A stretch of DNA of 64,000 bases from an uncultured bacterium (GCA_963786935.1 CAWBAN010000001.1:1472001-1536000), one strand, 5' to 3'; positions 19,706-29,622 are shown, numbered from the stretch's first letter. Notes: generated by a model from the letters alone, not told the origin. Numbers and translations: made by a program.

Positions 19706-20545
19706 TTACTTGTACTGGCAGTCGTGCTTCTCGTGCATCTCCCTCGATAGCTTCTCGTCCGATTCGTACGCCCTGAGGCGCTTGAGCATCTCGTCGAAAT
19801 CGACCTTGTGCCCGTCGAACTCCGGTCCGTCGACGCAGACGAACTTCGTCGCGTCGCCGACCGTGACGCGGCATGCGCCGCACATCCCCGTGCCGTCCAC
19901 CATGATCGTGTTGAGGCTCACGAGGGTCGAGATGTCGTGCTTCTTCGTGAGCAGGCTCACGAACTTCATCATGATGGGCGGCCCGATCGCGACGACGAGG
20001 TTGATGGCCACTCCCTCGTCGATGAGCTTCTGGATCGCGTCGGTGACGAGACCTTTCATGCCGTAGGATCCGTCGTCGGTCGTGATGATGACGCGATCGC
20101 TCGTCCTGCGCATCTTCTCTTCCATGATGACGAGGTCCTTCGTGCGGCCGCCGAGGATCGTGATGACCTGATTCCCCGCCTTCTTCATCGCCTGCGCGAT
20201 CGGGTGCGACGGCGCGATGCCGATCCCGCCGCCGACGATCACGACCGTGCCGAAGAGCTCGATGTGCGTCGGCTTCCCGAGGGGTCCCGCGAGATCGCAG
20301 ATCTCCTGGCCCGGCTCGAGCGTCGAGAGCTGCTTCGTCGTCTTCCCGACGACCTGCACGACGAGCTCGATCCATCCCTCGTCGGCGTTCCCGTCCGCGA
20401 TCGTGAGCGGAATGCGCTCGCCGGCGTCGCAGGTGCGGAGAATGATGAACTGCCCCGCCTTTCGCTTCTTCGCGATCTCGGGGGCCTCGACCTTCATGCG
20501 AAAAACGAACGGCGTGATGAATTCCTTCTCGAGAATCTTGTTCAT
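19706..20545 (-). CDS. nfnA: NfnA / SudB-type ferredoxin:NADP+ reductase subunit
   Basis: AGQFIIL, ERIPLTI, GPLG, GGGIG, TDDGSYG, MVDGTGMCGACR, CVDGPEF. Confidence 0.92.
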   Translation of the reverse strand: MNKILEKEFITPFVFRMKVEAPEIAKKRKAGQFIILRTCDAGERIPLTIADGNADEGWIELVVQVVGKTTKQLSTLEPGQEICDLAGPLGKPTHIELFGTVVIVGGGIGIAPSHPIAQAMKKAGNQVITILGGRTKDLVIMEEKMRRTSDRVIITTDDGSYGMKGLVTDAIQKLIDEGVAINLVVAIGPPIMMKFVSLLTKKHDISTLVSLNTIMVDGTGMCGACRVTVGDATKFVCVDGPEFDGHKVDFDEMLKRLRAYESDEKLSREMHEKHDCQYK

Positions 20546-20725
20546 ATCACCCTGCTTCTTACGCTGGAGCCCGCTGAGGAAAATATCTACTTTGTTAGCC
20601 CCTTCGGCGAAAGGGCTTCTCTTCGGACGGGAACGTTCAGATATTCCAAAAAAACGTTCTCTTTATGTAGCAGAGAAACGAGGCATGAATCAAGGAAATT
20701 CTCCGGCCGAACGCGGGCGCGGAAT

Positions 20726-21409
20726 CTATCCGCCCGACCGCAGGACGACCTTCCGCCTGAGATGGTCGCCCTTCCGGAACTCTATTGATTCCAGCAAGAT
20801 AGTCCCATATCCCGGAGCGCCGACCTCGACGTTCCACCGTCCCGGCGGAATGAGCGTCTTCACGAAGATGCCCTCTCGATTCGAACGCACGGATCGGAGC
20901 GTATCGCTCGCGTTCGCCGAGGATCGGAAGGTGAGCTGGGCGCGGCTCACGGGCGCGCCGGCTTCGTCATAAATCTCGCCGGTGAGAATTCCCTTTTCGG
21001 CGAATGTCGAATCGTCGCTCCCCACGATCTTGATCCTGAGCGGAAGATCGATCTCGAAGGGGCCCGCGAGCCCCTCGATGTTCCATTGCCCGATGCTCTT
21101 GATGAGCGCGAGCGCGAAGTCGTCGTTCCGCGTCTCGTTCCGCACGATATCCGCGGAGATCAAGCGGCCGCCCTCCCAGCGCGTGTGAAGCTGGATCATC
21201 CCGTTGAGCCGGTGATCGAGATGATGGAAACGCATCGACACGTCATGAACGTCGTCGAAGTTGCTCCGCAGATGAGCGAAGAGCATCGCGGTGTAGAGTG
21301 AATCGTTTCCCGACAACATCGAGGCGGGCTCCTGAGCTCCCGCGGCGCCGCACACGAAAAGCGCGACGGACGTCATTGCAGCGAAAAGCGCAATCGCTCG
21401 AAGCCTCAT
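20726..21409 (-). CDS. Secreted protein with a possible TonB-C-like N-terminal domain and a carboxypeptidase-regulatory-like beta domain
   Basis: Signal peptide; LTGEIYDEAGAPV...SNREGIF...IPPGRWNVEVGAPGY. Confidence 0.55.
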   Translation of the reverse strand: MRLRAIALFAAMTSVALFVCGAAGAQEPASMLSGNDSLYTAMLFAHLRSNFDDVHDVSMRFHHLDHRLNGMIQLHTRWEGGRLISADIVRNETRNDDFALALIKSIGQWNIEGLAGPFEIDLPLRIKIVGSDDSTFAEKGILTGEIYDEAGAPVSRAQLTFRSSANASDTLRSVRSNREGIFVKTLIPPGRWNVEVGAPGYGTILLESIEFRKGDHLRRKVVLRSGG

Positions 21410-21413
21410 CTTC

Positions 21414-21758
21414 CTATTCCTTTCTCCGCGAGACCGAACCGCGCGACCGTGATTCCCATTGAAAGCGCCGCAGGTCGATCTTCCCGTCCGCGTCGAACTC
21501 GACGCCTTCGATCTCGAGCCTGATGCGCTGCTCCACGTCCCCTTCGGGTATCACCGTGCCGAGGCTGAGCCGCCCGCGAGCGTTGACGACGCGGTGCCAG
21601 GGCACGGCCGTGCCCTCCCGCAACGCATAGAGCGCGTAGCCGACCTGGCGGGCGTGCCCCGGAAATCCCGCGAGATCCGCGATCTGGCCGTAGGTCGCGA
21701 CGCGGCCTTTTGGGATTCGACGGATAACCGAGTAGATGCGTTCGTACCGGCCGCTCAT
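21414..21758 (-). CDS. Alkyltransferase-like (ATL) DNA base-flipping protein, MGMT family
   Basis: IPKGRVATYGQIA, ARQVG, and PWHRVV with Trp in place of the active-site Cys. Confidence 0.9.
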   Translation of the reverse strand: MSGRYERIYSVIRRIPKGRVATYGQIADLAGFPGHARQVGYALYALREGTAVPWHRVVNARGRLSLGTVIPEGDVEQRIRLEIEGVEFDADGKIDLRRFQWESRSRGSVSRRKE

Positions 21759-21961
21759 TGCTTGATCGTCTGCCGCTTCGAGCGGGACATCTCGTCCGCG
21801 TGCCCGTCGGCGATCGCGAGCGGAATGCGCCCGCCCGCGTCGCAGGTGCGGAGAATGATGAACTGCCCCGCCTTTCGTTTCTTCGCGATCTCGGGAGCTT
21901 CAACCTTCATACGGAATACGAACGGCGTAGAGAGAGCGAGAATCTCTTCAGAAAAATCCAA
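21755..21961 (-). pseudogene. Truncated second copy of the nfnA 5' end
   Basis: 21791-21928 matches 20378-20515 at 125 of 138 nt by manual alignment; similarity then stops abruptly. Confidence 0.85.
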
Positions 21962-22130
21962 TTCAGATATTTCAGAAGACGTCCCTCACCTGTAGCAAAT
22001 ATAAGGTCCTGAAATCAAGGGAATCTTCTGGCCTCCCGGGGCCCGGAAATGGACATATCCTGAGACGGCCCTCGGCGGGAAGCCGGCGCGCCCGCTTGGC
22101 AGCCATGCCCAATTTATGCGAAGATTCAGT

Positions 22131-22157
22131 GTCAGGATTTCGAGCGCCGAACCGTCA
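22131..22157 (+). promoter_or_regulatory. Putative autoregulatory ECF promoter GTCAGGATTT-N13-GTCA
   Basis: Shared with 2086-2112. Confidence 0.55.
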
Positions 22158-22186
22158 CCCCTGTGAGAGACGAAAGCGGAGGTCCG

Positions 22187-22714
22187 GTGGAAATCAAAAG
22201 GGACGCAGACCTCGTAGCGGCTTGTCTGCGGGGAGAGAACGACGCCTACGCCGAGCTCGGGAAGACGTATGCAAGGCGGCTCTATGCGATCTGTCTCGAC
22301 ATCGCATGGAACTCGGAAGATGCGGAAGACCTCGTGCAGGAGACGCTCATGAAAGGGTTTACGGAATTGCCTTCTTTGAAGGATCACTCGCGATTCGGCC
22401 CATGGATCGCGGCGATCGCGACCAACCTGTCCCGGGATCTCCTCCGCAAGCGAATGAACGAGAAAGGACCCGTTGCGGCCGCCCCGGATCTCCCGGACGG
22501 GAATCCGGAGAGACTCATGGATCTCAGGCGAGCGCTTCGCGAGCTGCCCGAGGTACACCGGACTCCACTTCTCCTCTTCTACTTTGACGGTCACAGCGCG
22601 GAGAGCGTGGGCGCCGTGCTCGGCATTACGCCCGGGGCCGTCCATCAGAGACTCTGCCGCGCGCGCAGGGAGCTGCGAAGGTTGCTCGAGAGCAAAGAGG
22701 TGCACAATGAATAA
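22187..22714 (+). CDS. ECF sigma factor, paralog of 1531-2055
   Basis: DAEDLVQETL...FGPWI, LLLFYFDGHS, RLCRARREL; GTG with GGAGG RBS. Confidence 0.9.
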   Translation: MEIKRDADLVAACLRGENDAYAELGKTYARRLYAICLDIAWNSEDAEDLVQETLMKGFTELPSLKDHSRFGPWIAAIATNLSRDLLRKRMNEKGPVAAAPDLPDGNPERLMDLRRALRELPEVHRTPLLLFYFDGHSAESVGAVLGITPGAVHQRLCRARRELRRLLESKEVHNE

Positions 22715-24278
22715 CTCGTGCGATGAAATGAGACTCGTGATTGAAGCCTCGGTCGGTGGACCGCTCGAGCCCGATGAGCGAGAGAATCTGAAGCGGCACC
22801 TCGCCGAGTGCCCGTCGTGCCGGGCCTATCGCGAGGCGCTCCTCGCCGACGATTCGCTTCTCGACGAATACGCTTTCTGCCACGCCGATTCATTCCGGCG
22901 CGTCGAAGACAAGGCAGCGTGTGCCCGGCCCGCCGGAGCCAGCAAGGCGTCCCGCCTCGCGCTCGTTCGAAGGCTCTCCCGCGTGCCGAGAGCGGCGCGA
23001 ATTGCTTTAGCTGCGGCCACGGCGATCGCAGTGATCCTCGCCGCCGATTTCCTTCGAGGCACGTACTTCGGCCCGATACCGGCCTTCGCGGCAGTGCTCG
23101 AAAACGCGATGAAGGCCGAGAACGTCACGTTTCGAGTGCGCCATTGGATTGATGGAGAATGGAGGACGGAGGAGCGGTTCCACGACCGCTCGGGAACGTC
23201 ACGCATCGATTATGGCGACAGCATTCTCGTGGATCGGAGAAACGGTCCATGGAGCCTCGCGCTCTATCCGGCCAAGAAACTGGCCATCGTGCGGCAATCC
23301 ACGTTCCACGCTTGGATAAACTCAGGCCGGGACAAGGACGGCGCAATAGAACAAATCGCTACCTGGCACAAGAAGCACAGCTTCACCTTTGTCCGCCGCG
23401 AACGCCATGAAGGCAAGAACATCGCCATCTTCGAGTGCACCTTTGATAGTGAGTTCGAAAAGAGCAAGGCGGCCGAGTCACCCCAAATGCAAAAGCTACG
23501 TCGCGAGCTCGGATTGAAATTCGTTACATGGGTCGATCTGGACACCTCGTTGCCCGTACGTATCGAGTTCATCAATTCTTCTCCCCGCTACACCGCGGAA
23601 TCGGGCCCATGCGGCCTCCGACTCCGGGACTTCATGCCGCCGGCTGCGCAGCAAGGGAAGGCCACCGGCTGGGCCGAGCTCCCCTACGGCGAGCCGCATA
23701 CTATCTTGGACGAGTTTAGATGGAACGCACCTGTCGACTGGGACGACATTACGTGGAACGCAACTGTCGACACATCTCTCTTCGGCATGAACCCTCCGGC
23801 CGATTACACCATCCGACGGATTCAAGATTCGACGGTGACCGACAGGAAGACGTTCGGGACGTTCGTCCGGCATCGCCCTCCCGAGATGGTCCTGGAGATT
23901 CAAAAGGGCCTTGCCGAATGGGCTTCGCTCTTCGACAACACCCTTCCCGACAGCCTTCGCGATATGGCCGATGTCGACAGGATCAGGCCGCGGCTGATAG
24001 CCAGATACAACGGCGACGGCGTCCCGGGCGACGAATACCGAAGCGCCATTCATGCCGCGAAGCGGCTGGAGTATGTGGCGAGCCCTCGCTATAGAATAAC
24101 GAAGCCCCCGGAGACCCCAATAGATGCGAACTATATAACCTATATAGGCAAAGGGTGCGCGTTCGGCGATTCGACAAAGGCAATCTGCCGGGTTGGGTGG
24201 GGGGAGAAAGACAGTCCATACTGGATCATCTATGCCGACCTTCATCTCATGCGCTCCGATGCGCCACCGAAGAAATGA
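22707..24278 (+). CDS. Anti-sigma factor-like membrane protein, paralog of 20-1534
   Basis: HLAECPSC zinc finger, TM helix, WVDLDTSLPVRIE, YWIIYADL; overlaps the sigma stop. Confidence 0.75.
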   Translation: MNNSCDEMRLVIEASVGGPLEPDERENLKRHLAECPSCRAYREALLADDSLLDEYAFCHADSFRRVEDKAACARPAGASKASRLALVRRLSRVPRAARIALAAATAIAVILAADFLRGTYFGPIPAFAAVLENAMKAENVTFRVRHWIDGEWRTEERFHDRSGTSRIDYGDSILVDRRNGPWSLALYPAKKLAIVRQSTFHAWINSGRDKDGAIEQIATWHKKHSFTFVRRERHEGKNIAIFECTFDSEFEKSKAAESPQMQKLRRELGLKFVTWVDLDTSLPVRIEFINSSPRYTAESGPCGLRLRDFMPPAAQQGKATGWAELPYGEPHTILDEFRWNAPVDWDDITWNATVDTSLFGMNPPADYTIRRIQDSTVTDRKTFGTFVRHRPPEMVLEIQKGLAEWASLFDNTLPDSLRDMADVDRIRPRLIARYNGDGVPGDEYRSAIHAAKRLEYVASPRYRITKPPETPIDANYITYIGKGCAFGDSTKAICRVGWGEKDSPYWIIYADLHLMRSDAPPKK

Positions 24279-24314
24279 TCCGCCTCCTCGGTGCGCGGCA
24301 GCGCTCGCAGAGGC

Positions 24315-24665
24315 CTACTTTCGTCTGATGGTCTGCTTCCTCGCCTTGGTCATCTCGTCCGCGTGCCCCTGCACGCCGAGCCTGCGTATTTGTTCGATGC
24401 ACGCGGCGCGATCGGAGCGCAGGAGAAGACCGAAGAGCTTCGACATGAAGTTGTTGAAATCCTTGCACGAGCGCGGATCGGCGAAATCCGTGCAATCGGC
24501 GCAGGAGGCGTAGCCGCGCTCCCCGCAGCATGTGCGCACCTTGCACCATTTCGCCTTCACGTTCTCGCGGCAGCCGGGGCACCTGCCCCGCAGGTACGAG
24601 CCGCACGCGCCGCAGTAGAGCCCGCAGCGGGCGACGAGATTCACGTCAGAGACGACTTCGCGCAT
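24315..24665 (-). CDS. DUF3795-like Cys-rich protein
   Basis: CGLYCGAC...CPGC...CKVRTCC...CADC. Confidence 0.8.
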   Translation of the reverse strand: MREVVSDVNLVARCGLYCGACGSYLRGRCPGCRENVKAKWCKVRTCCGERGYASCADCTDFADPRSCKDFNNFMSKLFGLLLRSDRAACIEQIRRLGVQGHADEMTKARKQTIRRK

Positions 24666-24701
24666 GACAGTCTCCCTCTCGATGTTTCTTGAATGAAGAT
24701 T

Positions 24702-25664
24702 CTAGTCGGGCATCCCTTTCACCCGGCTGAGCCAGTGCATCACGTTCAAGAGCAGCTGATAATTCTGGCCGGCGTCGGGCGAGTTCATGCCTATCGGCAT
24801 TTGCTGCGACCCGGCCAGCTGCGCGCTGAACATCGCCGCCTCGCCGAATACCGCCAAACGTCCCTTGCCGATCTTCACGATCGCGCCTTGACACCACCCG
24901 TCGATCGGGACTTGGGGCGCGTCGGGGGTGATTCCCGGCGCCTCTTTTGTCTCATGCGAAACGGAGCCCGCGCCGAATATGAGAACCGGGATCGCGCCTT
25001 TCGGCGGCTTGAACGACGAGCCGGTGAATGTCGCCGCCTTCGTCACTTTTTCTTCGCCGGTCCGGCCGCGCGTGACGGGGCTCTCCGCAAGCCCGTTCGC
25101 GGAATCGAAGATGTCCGCGATTCGGCCTTCCACTCGATTTCCGACTCTCGCATAGCCGTTGCTGAACTCGAATCCGAACGCGCGGGCGAGTTCGGCGGCG
25201 GCTCCCGCGAACGGCATGTGATCGGCGATCAGGAAGAGCGACCCGCCCTTCTCGACCCATGCGTGAACGGCGGCGATCTCTTCCGGCGTGAACGCGGACG
25301 GCGTCGGGAGCGACCAATCATCCTCGTTTCGTTCGTTGAGGGCGTTCGAGATGACGAGGATATCGACACCCTTCAGCGAACCCGACGAAAACGCCTCGCC
25401 GAAGCCCTCCACCCGGTAGCCGTCGCGCCTGAGGAGCTTCGCGAACGGCTCGTAGCGCCCGTCGGCGGTATGGAAGTTATGGTGCGCCTCGTCGATCGCG
25501 ACGACGGGGCCTTTGCCCGATTCATACGCCGGCCGGGAAATGGACGGGTTGAAATTCGGGTCGGACACCTGCTGGGCCGACGCGACGCCCGCGGCCGCGA
25601 CCACGATCACGCCGCAAAAGAACGCGACCAGCTCAAAAGCCAGCTTTCGTTGCGTCTTCTTCAT
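24702..25664 (-). CDS. Secreted DUF4350-like (class I GATase-like fold) protein
   Basis: IDEAHHNFHT..GRYEPFA, LVISNA, GGSLFLIADHMPF, GEAAMFSAQ. Confidence 0.7.
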   Translation of the reverse strand: MKKTQRKLAFELVAFFCGVIVVAAAGVASAQQVSDPNFNPSISRPAYESGKGPVVAIDEAHHNFHTADGRYEPFAKLLRRDGYRVEGFGEAFSSGSLKGVDILVISNALNERNEDDWSLPTPSAFTPEEIAAVHAWVEKGGSLFLIADHMPFAGAAAELARAFGFEFSNGYARVGNRVEGRIADIFDSANGLAESPVTRGRTGEEKVTKAATFTGSSFKPPKGAIPVLIFGAGSVSHETKEAPGITPDAPQVPIDGWCQGAIVKIGKGRLAVFGEAAMFSAQLAGSQQMPIGMNSPDAGQNYQLLLNVMHWLSRVKGMPD

Positions 25665-25686
25665 GCTCGAACCGCCCCGCCTTTCG

Positions 25687-26073
25687 TCATACAAGCTCAG
25701 CTCTGTGTTCCCGCAACAACTCCTTCAACACCGACCGGTGGCACCGAGTTTCATTCGCGCAGTAGCAGCCCACCGAAAAATTCGTCTGATGGGAGAGCGC
25801 GGCAAGGAGCGCAAGGAGGCGCTTGGCTTCGGGACGGCTCATTTCGGCCCGATACCGCTTCGTGAATGTCTTCCACGCTCGCTCATCCGGCGCATGGAGC
25901 GCCTGTTTGAGCAGCGCCTCCGAGGGCGCGAGCTCCGGAAGCCACACGTCGTACAGGTCGCGCGACGCGTACTCGGCCTTCGGCACGCCGCGCGGCGGTC
26001 GCCGCACGGTGCCGATGCGCAGCCCTTCGTCAGGCGCCCGCGGGCTTCCCAACCGCACCACGCGAACAGCCAT
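25687..26073 (-). CDS. DUF488 family protein
   Basis: RRPPRGV, WLPELAPS, F.KRYRAEM, CYC....CHRS. Confidence 0.82.
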   Translation of the reverse strand: MAVRVVRLGSPRAPDEGLRIGTVRRPPRGVPKAEYASRDLYDVWLPELAPSEALLKQALHAPDERAWKTFTKRYRAEMSRPEAKRLLALLAALSHQTNFSVGCYCANETRCHRSVLKELLREHRAELV

Positions 26074-26078
26074 GCGGG

Positions 26079-26444
26079 TCACCTCACGTTGAAAAAGATC
26101 TCTTTCGACTTATGACGCAAGTCGATGCTCGCCCGGTCCGTGGCGACGAGCACATAGAGCATGTTGAGCGCCGCAAGAGGCGACGGCACGTGGCGCCGGG
26201 TCCGCGTGCGAGTGTAGACGAGCTTGGAGGTGACCTGCTGCTGCCCGCGCAGCCGGCGGTAGAGCCGGTCGACGGCGCGCTTGCCGACAAGGTTGAAATT
26301 GCCCGCGCTCCGCTTGCTGTGGGAAACGGACATGACGAAGTACTGCCGCGCGCTGGAGAGCACGTAGTAGTGCTGGCGCTTCCCCTCCACTTCTCCGTGG
26401 AACTCCAAACCCTTCATCAAGCTCGTGAGGCTCAACCGTTTCAT
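26079..26444 (-). CDS. Hypothetical basic protein
   Basis: GGAGG RBS before ATG 26444; stop abuts the next gene; host-like codon usage. Confidence 0.65.
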   Translation of the reverse strand: MKRLSLTSLMKGLEFHGEVEGKRQHYYVLSSARQYFVMSVSHSKRSAGNFNLVGKRAVDRLYRRLRGQQQVTSKLVYTRTRTRRHVPSPLAALNMLYVLVATDRASIDLRHKSKEIFFNVR

Positions 26445-26464
26445 CTTCGCGCCTCCTCCCGATT

Positions 26465-26863
26465 TCATTCTTCGACGTAAACGGGCCGAACGACCAGGAT
26501 CGTCTCGCTCCGGCGATAGGACAGGTAGCGGTTGCCCGCCGCGGAGAAGTGCAGGATGCACGGGGTCGTAGCGAGCCCGCTCCCGTGAACGCAGGGAACG
26601 CCGCTGGATTCGATGAAATGATAGAGCGCCGCGAGCGCGAGCGTGTCTCCATGCTCCTGTATTTCTATTCGTTCGAGATGGTTGCAGCCCATGGGGTACA
26701 CATGAACGACGCCATATGATTCGCTATTTTGAATCGTGTCGCCGACGAGAACCGTATCGATATACGAATATTCGAAGTAATCGGTGCCGACATTAGTGCT
26801 CTCGTCGCACGCGGCGACATACGAGAGCGAGACACCGAGAAGGATGACGGCGAAGCGTTTCAT
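26465..26863 (-). CDS. Hypothetical lipoprotein
   Basis: MKRFAVILLGVSLSYVAAC lipobox; GGAGG RBS. Confidence 0.65.
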   Translation of the reverse strand: MKRFAVILLGVSLSYVAACDESTNVGTDYFEYSYIDTVLVGDTIQNSESYGVVHVYPMGCNHLERIEIQEHGDTLALAALYHFIESSGVPCVHGSGLATTPCILHFSAAGNRYLSYRRSETILVVRPVYVEE

Positions 26864-26920
26864 GGATCCTCCATTCGCTCGAGCTTGCATACGGCACCCT
26901 TGTCTCGCTGACGAGGTGCG

Positions 26921-27538
26921 TCAGCCCATGCGATTGTCGGGCGGAGACCGGAACAGCCAAACGAGCACACAACCCGTTATGACGCCCAGAACGATTCCGC
27001 CGCTCACGAAGGCCAGGAGCGGTCGCAGCCACTGCAGCGGTCCTGACGCCGGATTGTAGCGAATGGCAAGAAGCGCCAGAGTCGTCGCCGCGGCAAGCGT
27101 CCATGCGAACGCCGAGGCCGGCGCCCAGAAGTATGCCCTGATGCTTCGAATGCCGAAGAGCCGGTGCTGCCCAATCCCCACGAGCAGCGCGCCGAGAGCG
27201 GCGGGGACGATCAAGATCGAGCCGTCAAGGTTGTAACCGATCAGATCGCAGAGCGCGAACGGAAGGGTCATGCCGATCGCGGACGCCCAGAACCACACAC
27301 TGGTGGCGCCGAATGAACGTCGCGCAACGAGCCACTGGAGGAATCCGATAGTCGCTCCCATGGCGAGCCCGAGCGCGAACTGCCCCTCCGGCAACCCGAC
27401 TGCTTCGGCGCCGGCAAAGAGCAGCACCATGATGGGAATACTGGCGACCCACCCGAGCGAGGTTGCCAGCACCCACCGCCCGAAGGGGACGCGACGAATC
27501 GACTGAGGCTCGGAAACGACGTCTCTCACGGCCTTCAC
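26921..27538 (-). CDS. Hypothetical membrane protein
   Basis: About 6 TM segments with repeated G..QW/QH...W..AS motifs. Confidence 0.65.
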   Translation of the reverse strand: MKAVRDVVSEPQSIRRVPFGRWVLATSLGWVASIPIMVLLFAGAEAVGLPEGQFALGLAMGATIGFLQWLVARRSFGATSVWFWASAIGMTLPFALCDLIGYNLDGSILIVPAALGALLVGIGQHRLFGIRSIRAYFWAPASAFAWTLAAATTLALLAIRYNPASGPLQWLRPLLAFVSGGIVLGVITGCVLVWLFRSPPDNRMG

Positions 27539-27583
27539 CTCCGCCTGCGCGCGAGCCGGGCCGCTGCCCGGTGCGCCCGCATC

Positions 27584-28069
27584 TCAACCGCGACGCGCCG
27601 CTTCGATTGCGGCGACGTCGATTTTTCCCATCTGCATCATCGCATCGAACGCGCGCTTGGCGGCGGCCGGATCGGGGTCGGCGATCGCCTTCGTCAGGGC
27701 GATCGGCGTTATCTGCCAGGACAATCCCCACCTGTCCTTGCACCAGCCGCACGCGCTTTCCTGACCGCCGTTGCCGACGATCGCATTCCAATAGCGATCC
27801 GTTTCGGCTTGGTCGACCGTCGCCACCTGAAACGAAAACGCCTCGCTTTGAGTGAACTCAGAACCGCCGTTGAGCCCGAGGCACGGAATGCCCATCACGG
27901 TGAACTCGACGGTCAATACGTCCCCTTTCTTCCCCGACGGGAAGTCTCCCGGCGCACGGTACACAGCTCCGACGGACGAGTCGGGAAACGTTTCGGCGTA
28001 GAAGCGTGCCGCGTCCTCGGCGTTTTTGTCGAACCAAAGACAGACCGTGTTCTTTGCAGGCGTGCTCAT
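27584..28069 (-). CDS. VOC family protein (PhnB / 3-demethylubiquinone-9 3-methyltransferase-like)
   Basis: CLWFD, LNGG, FSFQV, CGWCKDRWGLSWQI. Confidence 0.9.
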   Translation of the reverse strand: MSTPAKNTVCLWFDKNAEDAARFYAETFPDSSVGAVYRAPGDFPSGKKGDVLTVEFTVMGIPCLGLNGGSEFTQSEAFSFQVATVDQAETDRYWNAIVGNGGQESACGWCKDRWGLSWQITPIALTKAIADPDPAAAKRAFDAMMQMGKIDVAAIEAARRG

Positions 28070-28196
28070 GTCGGTCCTCCGGTGAGAGGTGCCGTCCCCT
28101 GAGATTGCCGCAATTCTATCACAATCGTGTTTCCTGCGGCACAAGAACATTCGATGGGAAACGAGCGCGCGGGTCGGGATCGGGCGCTTCCGGGCC

Positions 28197-28769
28197 CTAT
28201 CGGCCCCGGCCGAGTCTCTGGCCCAGCTCGTAGGCCCGTTTCATGACGGCCTTCTCGCGGCTGATATCGCCGCCGGCCGTGCTCCCGTGGACGGTGCCGA
28301 CGATATCGGCGCCGATGAACTCGAACATATCCTTGAACGAAGCGATCGCGTTTTCGCCGCCCGAGCTCTCGAGATCCTCGGCCCCGTAGGCGAGTATCAG
28401 GCCGATTTCTTTCCCTTTGAGCGCGCTCCCTTCCGGGCCCTGCATGGCGTAGAAGCCGCGGTCGATGAAGAGCTTCGTCTGGGCGGAGACGTTGAACCAG
28501 TAGACGGGGCTTGCGATCACCAAGGCGTCCGCGCGGCGGAGGAGCGGATAGAGCGTCCGCATGTCGTCCTCGATGACGCAGTCCGCGTCCGCGGACTCGA
28601 GACAGGCGTCGCATGCGGTGCACGGACGGATGTCCATGGAATGCAGGGCGTAGCGGTGGACTGCGGCGCCCGCCTCCTCGGCGCCCTTGCGCACCTCATC
28701 CGCGAGCGTGGCGCACGCGCCTTTCGGCCGCGGGCTTCCGACGACGATAAGGATCTCACGTTTGGCCAA
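28197..28769 (-). CDS. Flavodoxin-family NAD(P)H-dependent FMN reductase (iron-sulfur flavoprotein-like)
   Basis: GSPR, PCTACDAC, C.IEDDM, ASPVYW, KLFIDR; start uncertain (TTG 28769 or ATG 28781). Confidence 0.85.
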   Translation of the reverse strand: MAKREILIVVGSPRPKGACATLADEVRKGAEEAGAAVHRYALHSMDIRPCTACDACLESADADCVIEDDMRTLYPLLRRADALVIASPVYWFNVSAQTKLFIDRGFYAMQGPEGSALKGKEIGLILAYGAEDLESSGGENAIASFKDMFEFIGADIVGTVHGSTAGGDISREKAVMKRAYELGQRLGRGR

Positions 28770-28858
28770 AGGCCTCCTCATTTCTCGCCGAAGCCCTTGC
28801 TCTCGACATATACTCCGCTCGGCGCCGGAGGCCTCTCGGGTGAGGCTATTCTCCTTCT

Positions 28859-29548
28859 TCATTGTTCAACGCAAATCAACCCGTTCAGATCATCGCAAGG
28901 TCGCCATCCCCATTGAGTCCAACATCCTTCACCAAGATTCCCCGCGGTCCCCGGCGCTGGAACGATAGTATATCCGCACATCCCCCCGGCCGACGATATT
29001 CCGCTGGTCCAATTGTTGCAGTGCTTTAGAAAAGACTGTATATTGCCGAAGCCGTCGGTTCCGGTCCAAACAAGATGATATGGCAACTGCCTCTTATCTC
29101 CATGCTCGTCATAATTCATAATGCTGTCGCACTGTCTGGTCCCATTGGCCAATTCACTCCAATTGGCCGCAATGAGCTCTCCCCTTCTGTTGACGTATGG
29201 CAAATCGGAGTGGGATAATCGAGAGGACGCGCTCGTCGTTCCATCCGAGAGCCACGCCTTATACGTTCCGGATAGTTTTCCCCGCTTGGCATACTCCTGG
29301 CAGATACAGTCTCCCGCCTCCAAGCCAGTGCTCCTACCCGAGCATGACGACATCCAATCAATCAGGTTACCATTGCCTACATCACTTGTAATGAAGATGA
29401 TTTTGGCATCAGGATAGCTAGGAGGGTACGCTGGTGACTGGTCGTCATCACCTACGCTGTCCTCGCTTCCGCCGCACGAGATGATCGCCAATCCAATACA
29501 CAACGAGGTGAATACGCACACAATGCCCCGTTTCACATTCCCTTTCAT
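28859..29548 (-). CDS. Lipoprotein with a DUF1554/endostatin-like domain
   Basis: IISC lipobox; IIFITS...GDCICQ...YKAWLSD...VWTGT...CNNWTS...LICVEQ; GC lower than host. Confidence 0.6.
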   Translation of the reverse strand: MKGNVKRGIVCVFTSLCIGLAIISCGGSEDSVGDDDQSPAYPPSYPDAKIIFITSDVGNGNLIDWMSSCSGRSTGLEAGDCICQEYAKRGKLSGTYKAWLSDGTTSASSRLSHSDLPYVNRRGELIAANWSELANGTRQCDSIMNYDEHGDKRQLPYHLVWTGTDGFGNIQSFLKHCNNWTSGISSAGGMCGYTIVPAPGTAGNLGEGCWTQWGWRPCDDLNGLICVEQ

Positions 29549-29622
29549 GCGTTCACTCCCTTCGGCTCCACTTCAGTCTAGTGTGCAGGCCAGCTTCTTC
29601 CTCGCAGACTGTTCCAGTTCAA

